The position numbers and the translations under genes were made by a program. A stretch of DNA of 64,000 nt from Ostreococcus lucimarinus (lineage: Eukaryota), in assembly GCA_000092065.1 (NCBI GenBank), contig CP000589.1; one strand, given 5' to 3'. Each line of letters begins with the position of its first letter. The stretch's first letter is position 1. Below the pieces are notes generated by a model that saw only the letters and a list, made by a program, of their open reading frames with translations, did no database searches and was not told where the DNA came from. Positions 9,300 through 18,582 of this stretch are shown in pieces.

Positions 9300-10568
9300 A
9301 TGGCGCGCGCGCGCGCGAGCGATCGGCGGCGACCCGCGGCGGCGCTCGCGGTGGCGCTGACGCTCGCGTGCGTCGCGCGCGCGACGACGCGAGGCGCGGC
9401 GCCACCGACGCGCGTCGAAAAGATGACGACGCGACGCGCGGCGCGCGACGCGTTCGCGTCGACGACGAGCGGCGACGCGAGGACGCTCGACGACGCGCGA
9501 CGCGCGTTCGCGTTCGCGAGCGATCGCAAGGCGCACGCGCTGGTGACGGGCGGCGCGGGATTCATCGGGTCGCACTGCGCCGAGGCGCTGCTGCGGCGCG
9601 GCTACGCGGTGACGACGGTGGATAACATGAGCCGAGGGAACGCGGGCGCGGTCGAGGCGCTGCGAAGGATGGCGCCGAAGGGAAGCCTGCGAGCGGTGCG
9701 AGGGGATCTGGGCGTCGTCGAGGACGTGGACGCGGCGTTCGGGAACACGAACATGCCGGTGGACGCGGTGTTTCACTTCGCGGCCATCGCGTACGTGGGG
9801 GAGTCGATGGCGGATCCGGTGAGGTATTACTCGAACATCACGACGAACACGGTGAATTTATTGCGAGTGATGCAGGCGAAAGATGTGAGGAAGATGATTT
9901 ACAGCTCGACGTGCGCGACGTACGGGAACGTGGAGAAGTTGCCCATCACCGAGTCGACGCCGACGAGGCCGATTAATCCGTACGGCAAGTCCAAGTTGTA
10001 CGCCGAAAACGCGATCAAGGATTACGCGCTGGCGAATCCAAAGTTTAAGGCGTCGATTTTGCGGTATTTCAACGTGTTCGGGGGCGATCCCGAGGGCGTG
10101 TTGGGCGAGTTGCCGCGCGCGGAGTTGCGCGAGCACGGGAGAATTTCCGGCGCGTGCTTCGACGCGGCGATGAAGAACATCGACAAGCTCACGGTGATGG
10201 GGACGAAGCACCCGACGCGGGACGGGACGACGATACGAGACTTTGTGCACGTCGTAGATTTAGTGGACGCGCACATAGCGGTGGCGGAAAAGAACAAATT
10301 TGATAATCCTCCGTCGTTGTACAACGTCGGCACGGGGAGCGGCGTGAGCATGCGAGAGTTCGTGGAGACGTGTAAAAAGGTGACGGGCGTCGACATAGAG
10401 ATTCACTATCGCGCTGAACCTCGGCCCGGAGATTACGCCGAGGTGTACGCGAACGTGGACAAGATCAAACACGAGCTCGGGTGGGAGGCAAAGTACACGG
10501 ATTTGCACGAGAGCCTGACGCACGCGTGGAAGTTTAGAAAAACGAAGGGCGACACCTGGGAATTGTAA
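9300..10568 (+). CDS. UDP-sugar 4-epimerase with N-terminal membrane anchor (MUR4-like UDP-arabinose/UDP-glucose 4-epimerase), 422 aa
   Basis: First ATG that does not overlap the divergent neighbour is at 9300; MARARASDRRRPAAALAVALTLACVARA gives a basic stretch plus a hydrophobic anchor. Extended-SDR motifs: VTGGAGFIGSH, YSSTCATYG, NPYGKSKLYAE (YxxxK), RYFNVFG. GRISGACFDAA resembles plant MUR4-type enzymes. Confidence 0.85.
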   Translation: MARARASDRRRPAAALAVALTLACVARATTRGAAPPTRVEKMTTRRAARDAFASTTSGDARTLDDARRAFAFASDRKAHALVTGGAGFIGSHCAEALLRRGYAVTTVDNMSRGNAGAVEALRRMAPKGSLRAVRGDLGVVEDVDAAFGNTNMPVDAVFHFAAIAYVGESMADPVRYYSNITTNTVNLLRVMQAKDVRKMIYSSTCATYGNVEKLPITESTPTRPINPYGKSKLYAENAIKDYALANPKFKASILRYFNVFGGDPEGVLGELPRAELREHGRISGACFDAAMKNIDKLTVMGTKHPTRDGTTIRDFVHVVDLVDAHIAVAEKNKFDNPPSLYNVGTGSGVSMREFVETCKKVTGVDIEIHYRAEPRPGDYAEVYANVDKIKHELGWEAKYTDLHESLTHAWKFRKTKGDTWEL

Positions 10569-10605
10569 ACGAGCTGTAATTGTACTACCGTAGCAACGAA
10601 TTTTT

Positions 10606-11538
10606 CTACAAATCGCTAAGTGTCTGCGCGAACGCGCCCTCTAACATCGCCATCTCTTCGAACACATCGTCTCGAGACCCGTCGAGCGCGCGCGCGTCGC
10701 GTAAGAGCGCGCGTCGCGCTTCGTTCGCCGCCGCCGCGACGGCGGCTCGTCGGGCGTCCGCGGCGTCGGCGACGACGCGCGACACGCTCGCGCGCGCACG
10801 AACATCGAGCGCGTGCAACGCCGACTTCGCCGTCTCCGCGCGCGCGGCCTCGCGTTCGAGCTCGCGTTCCGCTTCGCTCGCCGGAACATCCGGCGCCGGT
10901 CCCCAAAACTCGAGCGCGCGCGACCACGCGGCGTCCACGTCCGTCTCCTCCGTCGCGTCCACGACGAACGCCGGAAACGTCGCCCCATCTCCCGGCGTCG
11001 TCACCGCCGGCGCCTCGAACGCGCGCGTCATGCGTTCGAACACCTCCTCCGGAACCGCCTCCGCGCCCTCGCGATTTCGATTTCGCCGTCTCGCCTCCTT
11101 CGTCGGCGCCGTCACGTGCGCGCACGCGCAGCTCGCCCTCGCCTCCCTCGCCGCGCGAAACACCTCCCACCGCATTCCTCTGTAATACATGTTATCGTCC
11201 ACGATCACCACCGTCTTCACGCCGTCTTCTCGCGCGTTTCCTCGTCTCGTCGCCGCGTCGACGTCCGCCGCCGCCTCGGCGCGCGCCGCTCGCCACCGCG
11301 CCGGCTCGAACGCCGTCGTCCCGTCCTCGCGCGTCATCGCGCGCAGCTCGCGCGCGTCGTAACGCGCGTGATGCGCGTCGTGCCCGCTCTCGCGCGCGCG
11401 TCGCGCGAGCGCGCGCGCGAGCGTCGTCTTCCCGACCCCCGGCAGGCCGCACAGGACGAGCACGAGCGTCTTGGACGCGTCCTCGCGCGGCGCGCGCGCC
11501 GCTCGCGGACGCGACGCGGCGTCCGAGGCGGTGGCCAT
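10606..11538 (-). CDS. PSTK: O-phosphoseryl-tRNA(Sec) kinase (PSTK)-like P-loop kinase, 310 aa
   Basis: The track start at 11649 is GTG; the first ATG is 11538 (MATASDAASRP). P-loop is LCGLPGVGKTT. VIVDDNMYYRGMRWEVFRAAREA matches the PSTK DDNFYYxSMRYE block rather than the KTI12 DSLNxIKGxRYEL block. Confidence 0.7.
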   Translation of the reverse strand: MATASDAASRPRAARAPREDASKTLVLVLCGLPGVGKTTLARALARRARESGHDAHHARYDARELRAMTREDGTTAFEPARWRAARAEAAADVDAATRRGNAREDGVKTVVIVDDNMYYRGMRWEVFRAAREARASCACAHVTAPTKEARRRNRNREGAEAVPEEVFERMTRAFEAPAVTTPGDGATFPAFVVDATEETDVDAAWSRALEFWGPAPDVPASEAERELEREAARAETAKSALHALDVRARASVSRVVADAADARRAAVAAAANEARRALLRDARALDGSRDDVFEEMAMLEGAFAQTLSDL

Positions 11539-11616
11539 CGCGCGCGCCGCGCGCGGCGGCGCGCGCCGCGCCGCGCGCGACGCGGCGCGACGCAGCGCGC
11601 CGCAGAGCGCGACGCG

Positions 11617-12498
11617 ATGTCCCGCGGCGGCAGGAAGACGCACGCGCACGACGATCAGTACGGCGAGGTCGGACGCGGCGACGACGGCGACGCGCGCGAC
11701 GACGGCGCGCGATCGACCGGCGGCGCGGGCGCGCGGAAGGGCGCGAAGGGGAGCGTGGCGTACGTTCGAAGATTGCCAAAATTTCTAGAGGCGCACGCGG
11801 GACTTCTGGGCGCGACGACGACGACGCGCGACGACGACGACGCGCGAGCGACGGTGAACGACGCGGTGAACGCGCGGACGGAGGCGGTGCGCGGCGAGAC
11901 GGACGCGAGGGCGCGGACGGGGGCGGCGCCGCGGCGGTCGGCGTTGAGCGCGCTGGGATTCGACGACGACGAGTCGATCGCGGAGATGGCCGCGGTGCAC
12001 AAGGGCGAGGGGAACAGGGCGTTTCAAGAGAAGCGATTCGAAGACGCGGTGGCGTCGTTTTCGCGCGCGGCGGCGCTGGAGCCGAAAAATTGGGTGTTTT
12101 TTAGTAATCGGAGCGCCGCGTACGCCGAGCTTGGGCGGTACGACGACGCGTTGGATGACGCGAAGGAGACGATTCGATTGAACTGCGAGTGGACGAAGGG
12201 GTACGTTCGACTCGCGACGGCGTGCTCGGCGCTGGGTAGGTTGTCCGAGGCGACCGCGGCGTGGAGGAGGGCGTGCGAATTGGACGACGAGAACGCGTCT
12301 TTGCGGGAATCGCTCGCAAAAGCGGAAGCGGCGGAAGAGTCGTCCTTGAAGGAAGGCAAGTTCAAGTTTCAAGGGTCGAAGCGTAAAGAGACGGCCGGCG
12401 ACGGTGAAGACGTCGCCGGAGGCGATGTGACGGAGGCGAAGAAGAAGAAAAAGAAGCCGCCTCCCGCGACGCTGTCGTTTGCGGATGACGACGGGTGA
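11617..12498 (+). CDS. TPR-repeat protein (Hop/SGT-type TPR module, lysine-rich tail), 293 aa
   Basis: First ATG in the long track ORF 10813..12498 that follows the CG-rich phantom part is at 11617. Three TPR units: GNRAFQEKRFEDAVASFSRAAALEP, FFSNRSAAYAELGRYDDALDDAKETIRLN, GYVRLATACSALGRLSEATAAWRRACELD. Confidence 0.75.
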   Translation: MSRGGRKTHAHDDQYGEVGRGDDGDARDDGARSTGGAGARKGAKGSVAYVRRLPKFLEAHAGLLGATTTTRDDDDARATVNDAVNARTEAVRGETDARARTGAAPRRSALSALGFDDDESIAEMAAVHKGEGNRAFQEKRFEDAVASFSRAAALEPKNWVFFSNRSAAYAELGRYDDALDDAKETIRLNCEWTKGYVRLATACSALGRLSEATAAWRRACELDDENASLRESLAKAEAAEESSLKEGKFKFQGSKRKETAGDGEDVAGGDVTEAKKKKKKPPPATLSFADDDG

Positions 12499-12540
12499 GT
12501 TACGGTAGAAGTATTAATAATGTACCATGCGAAACGATTA

Positions 12541-14775
12541 TCAATCTACATCCTTTAACGAAGAGGCCGCGCGCGCGGACGTATTTTCGACGGTCGCGCT
12601 CTCCGATCGCGCGACGGATAAAACTTCGAGTTTTGCCTTCATGTCGGCGAGTTTCTTGGCTTGCTCCTCGGCACGCTTTTCCTTCATTCGCTTTTGCAAC
12701 CGACCAACCTTGTACAAGTCTTCGTAATTCGTTATCACCGCCACGTCCGGGTTCTCGCGTATGGCCTTGTCTTCCGCCGTTTCCTCGTCTTCCGATTCGG
12801 TGTCCCAACCGAAATCGTCGTCGTCGCGCGTGAAATCCGCCTTCGCAATGATTTCCCAATCTCTGGCGAGATCGTTTGGCACGGGCGCGATGGATCCTTC
12901 GGGTACGCGCGCGTCACCGCTCGGCATTTTTGACTCATGAGAGCTAGCGTGCACGCGAAGCGCGTATGGACTCGAGCCCATGAGCACGTCTCGACACGAC
13001 ACGACAAGACGGTAAAAGCCATCCTCGACGGGCTCGTACGAAGCCACGAATCGCCCGCGTCCGTCGTCTTCAATCTTCACTCCATCCTTAGTTTTGATTT
13101 CGTGTCCGTTGACGTCGGTGACCGAGATTTGCAAAGGAAGCTGCTCGCTTAAGTTTCCAAACACATCGTTATCGAATTCATCGCGAGCCTTGATCGTAAA
13201 CGATGCGCGCTGTGAAACCGCGGCTCGCCTCGTACCATCGCCTTCGACGACGCAATGCTTTGCGCTCGCACGCGCGGGCTCGACCACGACGTCGTATGGA
13301 GAGTTTCCGCACTGTTCGTCGTTTCCAATGATGACTTCGCACTGATACGCGCCGGCGACCGTGCACGTGTAGTACGCCACATACGTCCCGTCGCCGTTAT
13401 CCGTCACGGTGCCGTATTCGACGAGTTCGTCGTCCGTCTCCATGGAATCCACGTGTGTTAGCTTGACGGTAAATATATCTCCCCCGCTCAAGCGTTTATT
13501 CTTCAACTCATCCTTCGCCTCGATGCCAATCATGCTCGCTTCCCCCGCGCGCGCTTTCACGACGCCCGGCCCGAAAACTTTCGTAAACGCCGGTTCGGCG
13601 GTACTTTGGCACCAGCAATCGCGTTCCCATTCGCCGCGATACTTTGTGCCATCGGCGAAGACGCACACGCCGTAACCGTGTCGCTCGTCTCGCACCCACT
13701 CGCCTTGATATTCATCACCGTTGGCGTACGTGCACGCGCCTTTGCCGTGTCGCTTACCGTCACACCACTCGCCCTGGTAAATTGTGCCGTCGGCGTACAA
13801 TCGCTTGCCTTTGCCGTTTTCGGCGTCTTCGTCGAACGCGCCGCGATACTCCTCACCGAGGTCGGTGAATTTGCAAACGCCCTGTCCTTTTCGACGACCC
13901 CCTTCAAAGTCTCCAACGTACTCGAACGTCGCTGTTTTCAACACGCCCTTGCCGTGATACTGATCGTCTCGCCACTCGCCGTCGTACGTCGATCCCGTGG
14001 CGAGTTCGCACTTGCCTCGCCCGTGCCTGAGATCGTCGCGCCACTGCCCTATGTACTTGTACGACCCAACGGCGGCAAACTTACCGCGACCATGCCGATA
14101 ATCACCGCGCCACTCTCCGTCGTACTCCACCGATCCGTCCTTCGCCGCGTACCTTCCGCGCACTCGCGATCCCGAAAGCGTCGCGCCGTTAAACGTGGAC
14201 CCGTCCGCGTACGTATACATCCCATTACCCTCGACGATATCATCCACCCATTCGCCCTCGTACACGTCCCCGCTCGCGAAACGTTGCGTACCCCACCCCC
14301 AGCGATGATCATTCTTCCACTCACCCTCGTACACGTCGCCGTTGACGTACTCGCACCTCCCTCGCCCGCACGTCTTGTCGTCTTCCCATTCGCCCTCGTA
14401 CTTCAATCCCGACTTGAATGTCATCGTCCCTCGTCCGTGTCGCTTATCGTCCCTCCAGTACCCATCGTACACGTCCCCAGTGCTACACACGTGTCTCCCT
14501 CGTCCGTGTCGCGTCTCATCGACGCACTCGCCCACGTACTCGTCGCCGTTCGTGTACTCGAGCGCGCGCTCGTCGTAATACCGAGGCTCGAGCGCTTCCG
14601 CCTCATCCACGATCGCGCGCGACTCCGCGTCGTCCTCGGCGCGCGCGAGCATTTCCCTTCGCACCGCGCGCAACCGCTCGAGCTCCGCGCGCATCTCCTC
14701 CGTCGTCCGTTTCTTCCCTCCATCATCCGCCTCCGCCTCGCGCGTCCCGACGATTCGTCCATGATCGACGCTCGC

Positions 14776-14808
<33 letters not shown>

Positions 14809-14841
14809 CGCGTCCTCGTCGCGCAATTCTTCGATGATCAT
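12541..14841 (-). CDS. MORN-repeat protein with two filamin/ABP280-type Ig repeats, 766 aa
   Basis: Minus-strand ATG at 14841 (MIIEELRDEDAG). There are many YxGxWxxDxxHGxG units, including YDGYWRDDKRHGRG, YEGEWEDDKTCGRG, YEGEWKNDHRWGWG, YDGEWRGDYRHGRG, YIGQWRDDLRHGRG, YQGEWCDGKRHGKG and YQGEWVRDERHGYG. These are followed by FGPGVVKARAGE...DNGDGTYVAYYTCTVAGAYQCEVII..SPYDVVVEP and a second repeat ending SPYALRVH. The tail is acidic and Lys-rich. Confidence 0.85.
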
Positions 14842-15243
14842 TTCCCTCGACCGAACGCGCGCGCGCGTCGCGCCGTCGCGTCGCCGTGTCGCGCGCGCGC
14901 CGCGTTCGCGCGCGCCGTCGTCTCGAGCGTTACGCGTGCGTTTCTCGCGCGCGCTCGACGAGTCGACGCCGTCGCGCGCGCGCGCCGTCGCGCGCGCGTC
15001 GCGCGTCGCGCGCCATCGACGCGAGAAATTTCGCGTCGTCGGTTCGTCGCGCGCCGTCGTCGCGCGCGGCGTCGCGCGCGCGCGACGGCGTCGATTCGTC
15101 GCGTCGCGTCGCGCGTCTCTCGCGCGTCGCCTCGACCGCTCGAGGTCGCGCGCGCGATCGAGCGAGGGGTCGTCACTCGCGCGCGCACGACGCGGCGACG
15201 TCGGCGCGCGGGCGAGCGCGCGCGCGCGATCGACGCGCGTCGC

Positions 15244-15263
15244 GGTCGGTCGGTCGGTCGGTC
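15244..15263. repeat. (GGTC)5 tetranucleotide microsatellite in a divergent promoter spacer
   Basis: Direct reading gives ggtcggtcggtcggtcggtc, immediately followed by a (CGCGA)-type pentamer run cgcgacgcgacgcgacgcgacgcgacg. Confidence 0.9.
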
Positions 15264-15266
15264 GCG

Positions 15267-15297
<31 letters not shown>

Positions 15298-15315
15298 AAC
15301 GCGACGAAAGTTTGG

Positions 15316-15345
15316 ATTGGATTGGATTGGACTGGTTTGGATTGG
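15316..15345. repeat. ATTGG pentanucleotide repeat (CCAAT on the minus strand), 4 copies
   Basis: The sequence is tttggATTGGATTGGATTGGactggtttggATTGGATTcg. It ends 9 nt before the ATG at 15354. Confidence 0.9.
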
Positions 15346-15353
15346 ATTCGACG

Positions 15354-16220
15354 ATGTCGGACGCGGTGGCGGGCGCGGATGAGACCGTGGGGCGACGGAC
15401 GACGCGACGGGGCGCGGACGGCGGCGCGGGGAGCGCGCAGGCGGCGGCGAGGCGGGAAACGATCGAGATGCGGACGGAGCGGTACGCGAATTGTAGGGTG
15501 CATAAGAATTGCGGGGACGCGTACTGCGAGTTTCGGAAGCTGGCGTGGGAGTTTCGAGCGGTGCGGGATCGAGCAGAGGCGAAAGGGTCGAAGGCGAAGG
15601 CGGTCGCGGAGGCGTGGGTGAGAGCGGCGATGAAGGAGGACGACGCGTGGAATGAGGCGGCGGAGAGGGAGCGGAAGAGGTTGCGGGCGGAGGCGGCAAA
15701 GGTGACGAAGGCGATGGAGCTCGCGGCGAGAAGCGCGCCGACGGAGCGAGAATTGAGACGCGCGCGGGCAAAAGAGTTGAAGCGTCTCGATGGAGACGCC
15801 GATGTGAGCGAAGAACCGTCGCGCGCGGGGACGCCACCGCCGGAGACGGAGGAGGAAAAGAAGACACGACAGGCGATGGAGATTTACGAGAAGCGCATGC
15901 AGCGCGTGCGCGACTTGACCAAACGCCGCGCCATGCTCTTGGCTCGCGCCAGTACGGTGGTGGTGCACCCGGGAACAAACAAGGTGATCGCGTTGTCAAC
16001 GCCCGAAGAGCTGTCAATCGTGCTGAAGATTGAGGCAAAGAAGAAGGCGCAGATGGAACAGAGGCGGCGTCAACGCGGCTTGAAGCGTCCGATGAAGGGT
16101 CCGAACATTGGCGACATGTACAGAATGCCGCGTCTTTTCGAGGAAGTCTGGCTGTATGAAGACAGCAACGTGGACGAACCGACTATTTCGGATTTGATTC
16201 ACATGAACATAGGAATGTAG
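15354..16220 (+). CDS. Hypothetical basic coiled-coil protein, 288 aa
   Basis: First ATG (15354) after the CG-only spacer. Amino-acid composition is diverse (TERYANCRVHKNCGDAYCEFRKLAWEF; C-terminal GPNIGDMYRMPRLFEEVWLYEDSN). Third codon positions are G/C-rich. No family recognised. Confidence 0.6.
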   Translation: MSDAVAGADETVGRRTTRRGADGGAGSAQAAARRETIEMRTERYANCRVHKNCGDAYCEFRKLAWEFRAVRDRAEAKGSKAKAVAEAWVRAAMKEDDAWNEAAERERKRLRAEAAKVTKAMELAARSAPTERELRRARAKELKRLDGDADVSEEPSRAGTPPPETEEEKKTRQAMEIYEKRMQRVRDLTKRRAMLLARASTVVVHPGTNKVIALSTPEELSIVLKIEAKKKAQMEQRRRQRGLKRPMKGPNIGDMYRMPRLFEEVWLYEDSNVDEPTISDLIHMNIGM

Positions 16221-16259
16221 CTCTCTACCAATACAATTAAAGAGAATTCTAAAGACTCT

Positions 16260-18359
16260 TCACGACGACTTTTCTCGCTCGACGATTTCGTCAATCTTAC
16301 GGAACTGCCACGGCCATCGCACGTTGTACAGGAACTGTCGCTGATCGAATCTATTGTCGTCCGGCGAGTAATTTTCAGCGTGATACGACGGCGTGAGCGT
16401 TGTCATCTTGTGCCTGTTGCACGAATAAAAGAAGAAAAATTTCTTCACCTTTTCGGCGATTTCGCTCGCAGAGAGCCCGCGATCCGCCCACTCCACGGTG
16501 TACAGACGCTTGAACATCGCCACTGGTCCAAGACGGGCGATTTTACGCAACCTTCCGTAAACACCGAGATCGTCGTAACTCATACCCATGTCCTCTTCGT
16601 CGGTTTGTACGTAGTCATCGCGAATAGGTTCGAGTTCCGCGGTAGGCGGCGCCTTTTCGACTTCTGCGAGCGTGGGATATCCCAAATTCATCGCCCCCCA
16701 GCGCAAGAACGATCGCAAATCGGCTTTGCTGATGCCGCCAATCGGATTTACGTCGGCACTCGAGCAATCGTACTTGGTCATGTATCCTCTCAATCCCTCG
16801 TCCACGTTCGCGCTCCCCAACACGAGCAAAAAGCCAGATTTACCTCGAACCCAAGGCAAAAGTTGCGCGAAAAGGAAGGACAAAACCATGCGCACGCGAG
16901 CTTGGATGTTTTGAAGCGCCAAGTTTTCCGCGTTTGACCCGCCGTCCACCTTAAATTTCGGCGTTTTCCCAGTCACCGTGGTGAAGAATGTTACGACGGC
17001 TGTCACCACGACGTCGATGGCGACGCTCAAATGCGAGGCGCCGATATCATTCGCGAGCGCCGCCGCGCGCGCGCGCGTCTCCGCGCTGCTGTTGTCCGTG
17101 CCAAGGTAAACAGTCGTAAATATCATCTTCGCCAACTCTTCGGCGCTCGGGATCGGGACGTCGCTCGCAAGTTGGGCGACGCGACGAATATCGTCGGCGA
17201 CAATCGCGTCCCCCGCGCTCGCCGCCCTGGTGACTAGTTGACACATGCTTCCGACGATGGCGGCCGTGCTGGCCGAGTCGGCGCCTCCGGAAAGCGGCAA
17301 AAAGTATCCGCTCGCGCCCGAGCGCCTGAGATAATCCCACAACCAGCACGCTGGCCCGAGCGCGATTTCCTCCTCGGGCGCATGAAACGAAATTGCCCGC
17401 TTCGGCGTCACCTTGAGATTCTCAGAAACGCACAGCTTGCCCGATACACGCACGGTAGGTATGCGCTTCACACTCGCCGCTTGTACACTCATCGATTGAA
17501 ACGCTCCTCGATGCGATTGAACTTCATCGAGATCCACCGTCGCGGCGACGACTTCGACGTCGCTCACGTCGAATTGTTTCCCTTGCGCCACGATTTCCCC
17601 ATTCACCGCGATGCACGCGCATCCATCGTAGTACAATCGCCCACCGTCACACCCGCGCTGATTGGAGTACAAATACACCCCACCCGCCTTCCCACTCGCG
17701 CTCTTGATCAAATTCATCCTGGCGTCCAACTTTCTCAATTGGTGGTGCGACCCGCTCCCGTTGCTCACGATTTCAATCCCATTCAACGCCAACGCGATGT
17801 GCGGCGCGTCGGGCGTCCACAACTCCTCACACGTCTCGCATCCTAATCCCGCGTCGTCGAACACCACCGCTCCGTCCCCGAACGCCACGCTCGTTTTCCC
17901 GTCCATTCCGAACCTCGCGCAACTCTCCGGCAGCGTAAACTCCTCCACTTCGTTCGCGCGCGTCCACGCCGTGAACCACCGCGACTCGCGATAATTCCCA
18001 TCATCCGCCAGCGCTCTCTTCGGTCGCACGAACGCGATCGCGCCGTCGACGATGATGACTCGACAATTATACCTCGCCCCGCGCGTCGTCGCCGGCGCGC
18101 CGACGTCCACCACCGCCCCGCGCATCAATTCCTTCTCCTCGCACAGCTTCGCGATCACCTCCCACGCGTGCGTCTCCGTGTCGCGCTCGTGAAAGTGATC
18201 CTCGCACCCGTACCCGCACGTCTCGAGCTCGGGCCCGACGCGATAGCGCGCGCCGAGTCTTTTCGCGCGCAGGATGCTCTCTCGAATCCGCGCGTAATTT
18301 CCATCAAAGTCCAGCGCCCACTGGTTCAGCGCGCAGCACGCGACGGCGACGACGCGCAT
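16260..18359 (-). CDS. NADSYN1: Glutamine-dependent NAD+ synthetase, 699 aa
   Basis: Minus-strand ATG at 18359 (MRVVAVACCALNQWALDFDGN). N-terminal CN-hydrolase domain (GPELETCGY, YNCRVII, CEELW) plus an ATP-pyrophosphatase domain (FLPLSGGADSAS, MTKYDCSSADVNPIGGISK). Confidence 0.93.
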   Translation of the reverse strand: MRVVAVACCALNQWALDFDGNYARIRESILRAKRLGARYRVGPELETCGYGCEDHFHERDTETHAWEVIAKLCEEKELMRGAVVDVGAPATTRGARYNCRVIIVDGAIAFVRPKRALADDGNYRESRWFTAWTRANEVEEFTLPESCARFGMDGKTSVAFGDGAVVFDDAGLGCETCEELWTPDAPHIALALNGIEIVSNGSGSHHQLRKLDARMNLIKSASGKAGGVYLYSNQRGCDGGRLYYDGCACIAVNGEIVAQGKQFDVSDVEVVAATVDLDEVQSHRGAFQSMSVQAASVKRIPTVRVSGKLCVSENLKVTPKRAISFHAPEEEIALGPACWLWDYLRRSGASGYFLPLSGGADSASTAAIVGSMCQLVTRAASAGDAIVADDIRRVAQLASDVPIPSAEELAKMIFTTVYLGTDNSSAETRARAAALANDIGASHLSVAIDVVVTAVVTFFTTVTGKTPKFKVDGGSNAENLALQNIQARVRMVLSFLFAQLLPWVRGKSGFLLVLGSANVDEGLRGYMTKYDCSSADVNPIGGISKADLRSFLRWGAMNLGYPTLAEVEKAPPTAELEPIRDDYVQTDEEDMGMSYDDLGVYGRLRKIARLGPVAMFKRLYTVEWADRGLSASEIAEKVKKFFFFYSCNRHKMTTLTPSYHAENYSPDDNRFDQRQFLYNVRWPWQFRKIDEIVEREKSS

Positions 18360-18582
18360 GTCGAACCTTTTCGCGCGTCGTTTCGCGCGCGATTCGGCGC
18401 GCGCCGTTCTCGCGCGTCGGCGCGCGGCGCGCGAATCGTCGAATTTCCGGGAAATCGCACCACCGGACGCGTCAGAGACCGACGCGCGTCGGACCGTCGG
18501 CGACGGACGCGCCGCGCGCGCGCGCGAGGCGTCGCGCATGACCCGCGCGCGCGCGCGGACGTGATCGAGCGACGCGCGCGCG

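Noticed and set aside
10620-12104. Overlapping 494-aa and 561-aa plus-strand ORFs, and several 180-195-aa ORFs, across the PSTK gene and its spacer.
   Set aside because: They are Arg/Pro/Ala phantoms created by the lack of A/T (no stop codons). Only the last 293 codons of 10813..12498, from ATG 11617, encode a recognisable (TPR) protein.
13606-15621. A 671-aa plus-strand ORF and a 376-aa minus-strand ORF (14838..15968).
   Set aside because: The first is antisense to the MORN-repeat gene and then runs through the CG spacer. The second is antisense to the 15354-16220 gene. Both are low complexity with no motifs.
18443-18455. The 13-bp palindrome ATTTCCGGGAAAT (TTCnnnGAA, STAT/GAS-like) in the NAD synthetase/IPT-protein spacer.
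   Set aside because: It occurs only once. STAT-type factors are not expected in green algae, and the resemblance to E2F is partial. I noted it only as another A/T island in a CG spacer.
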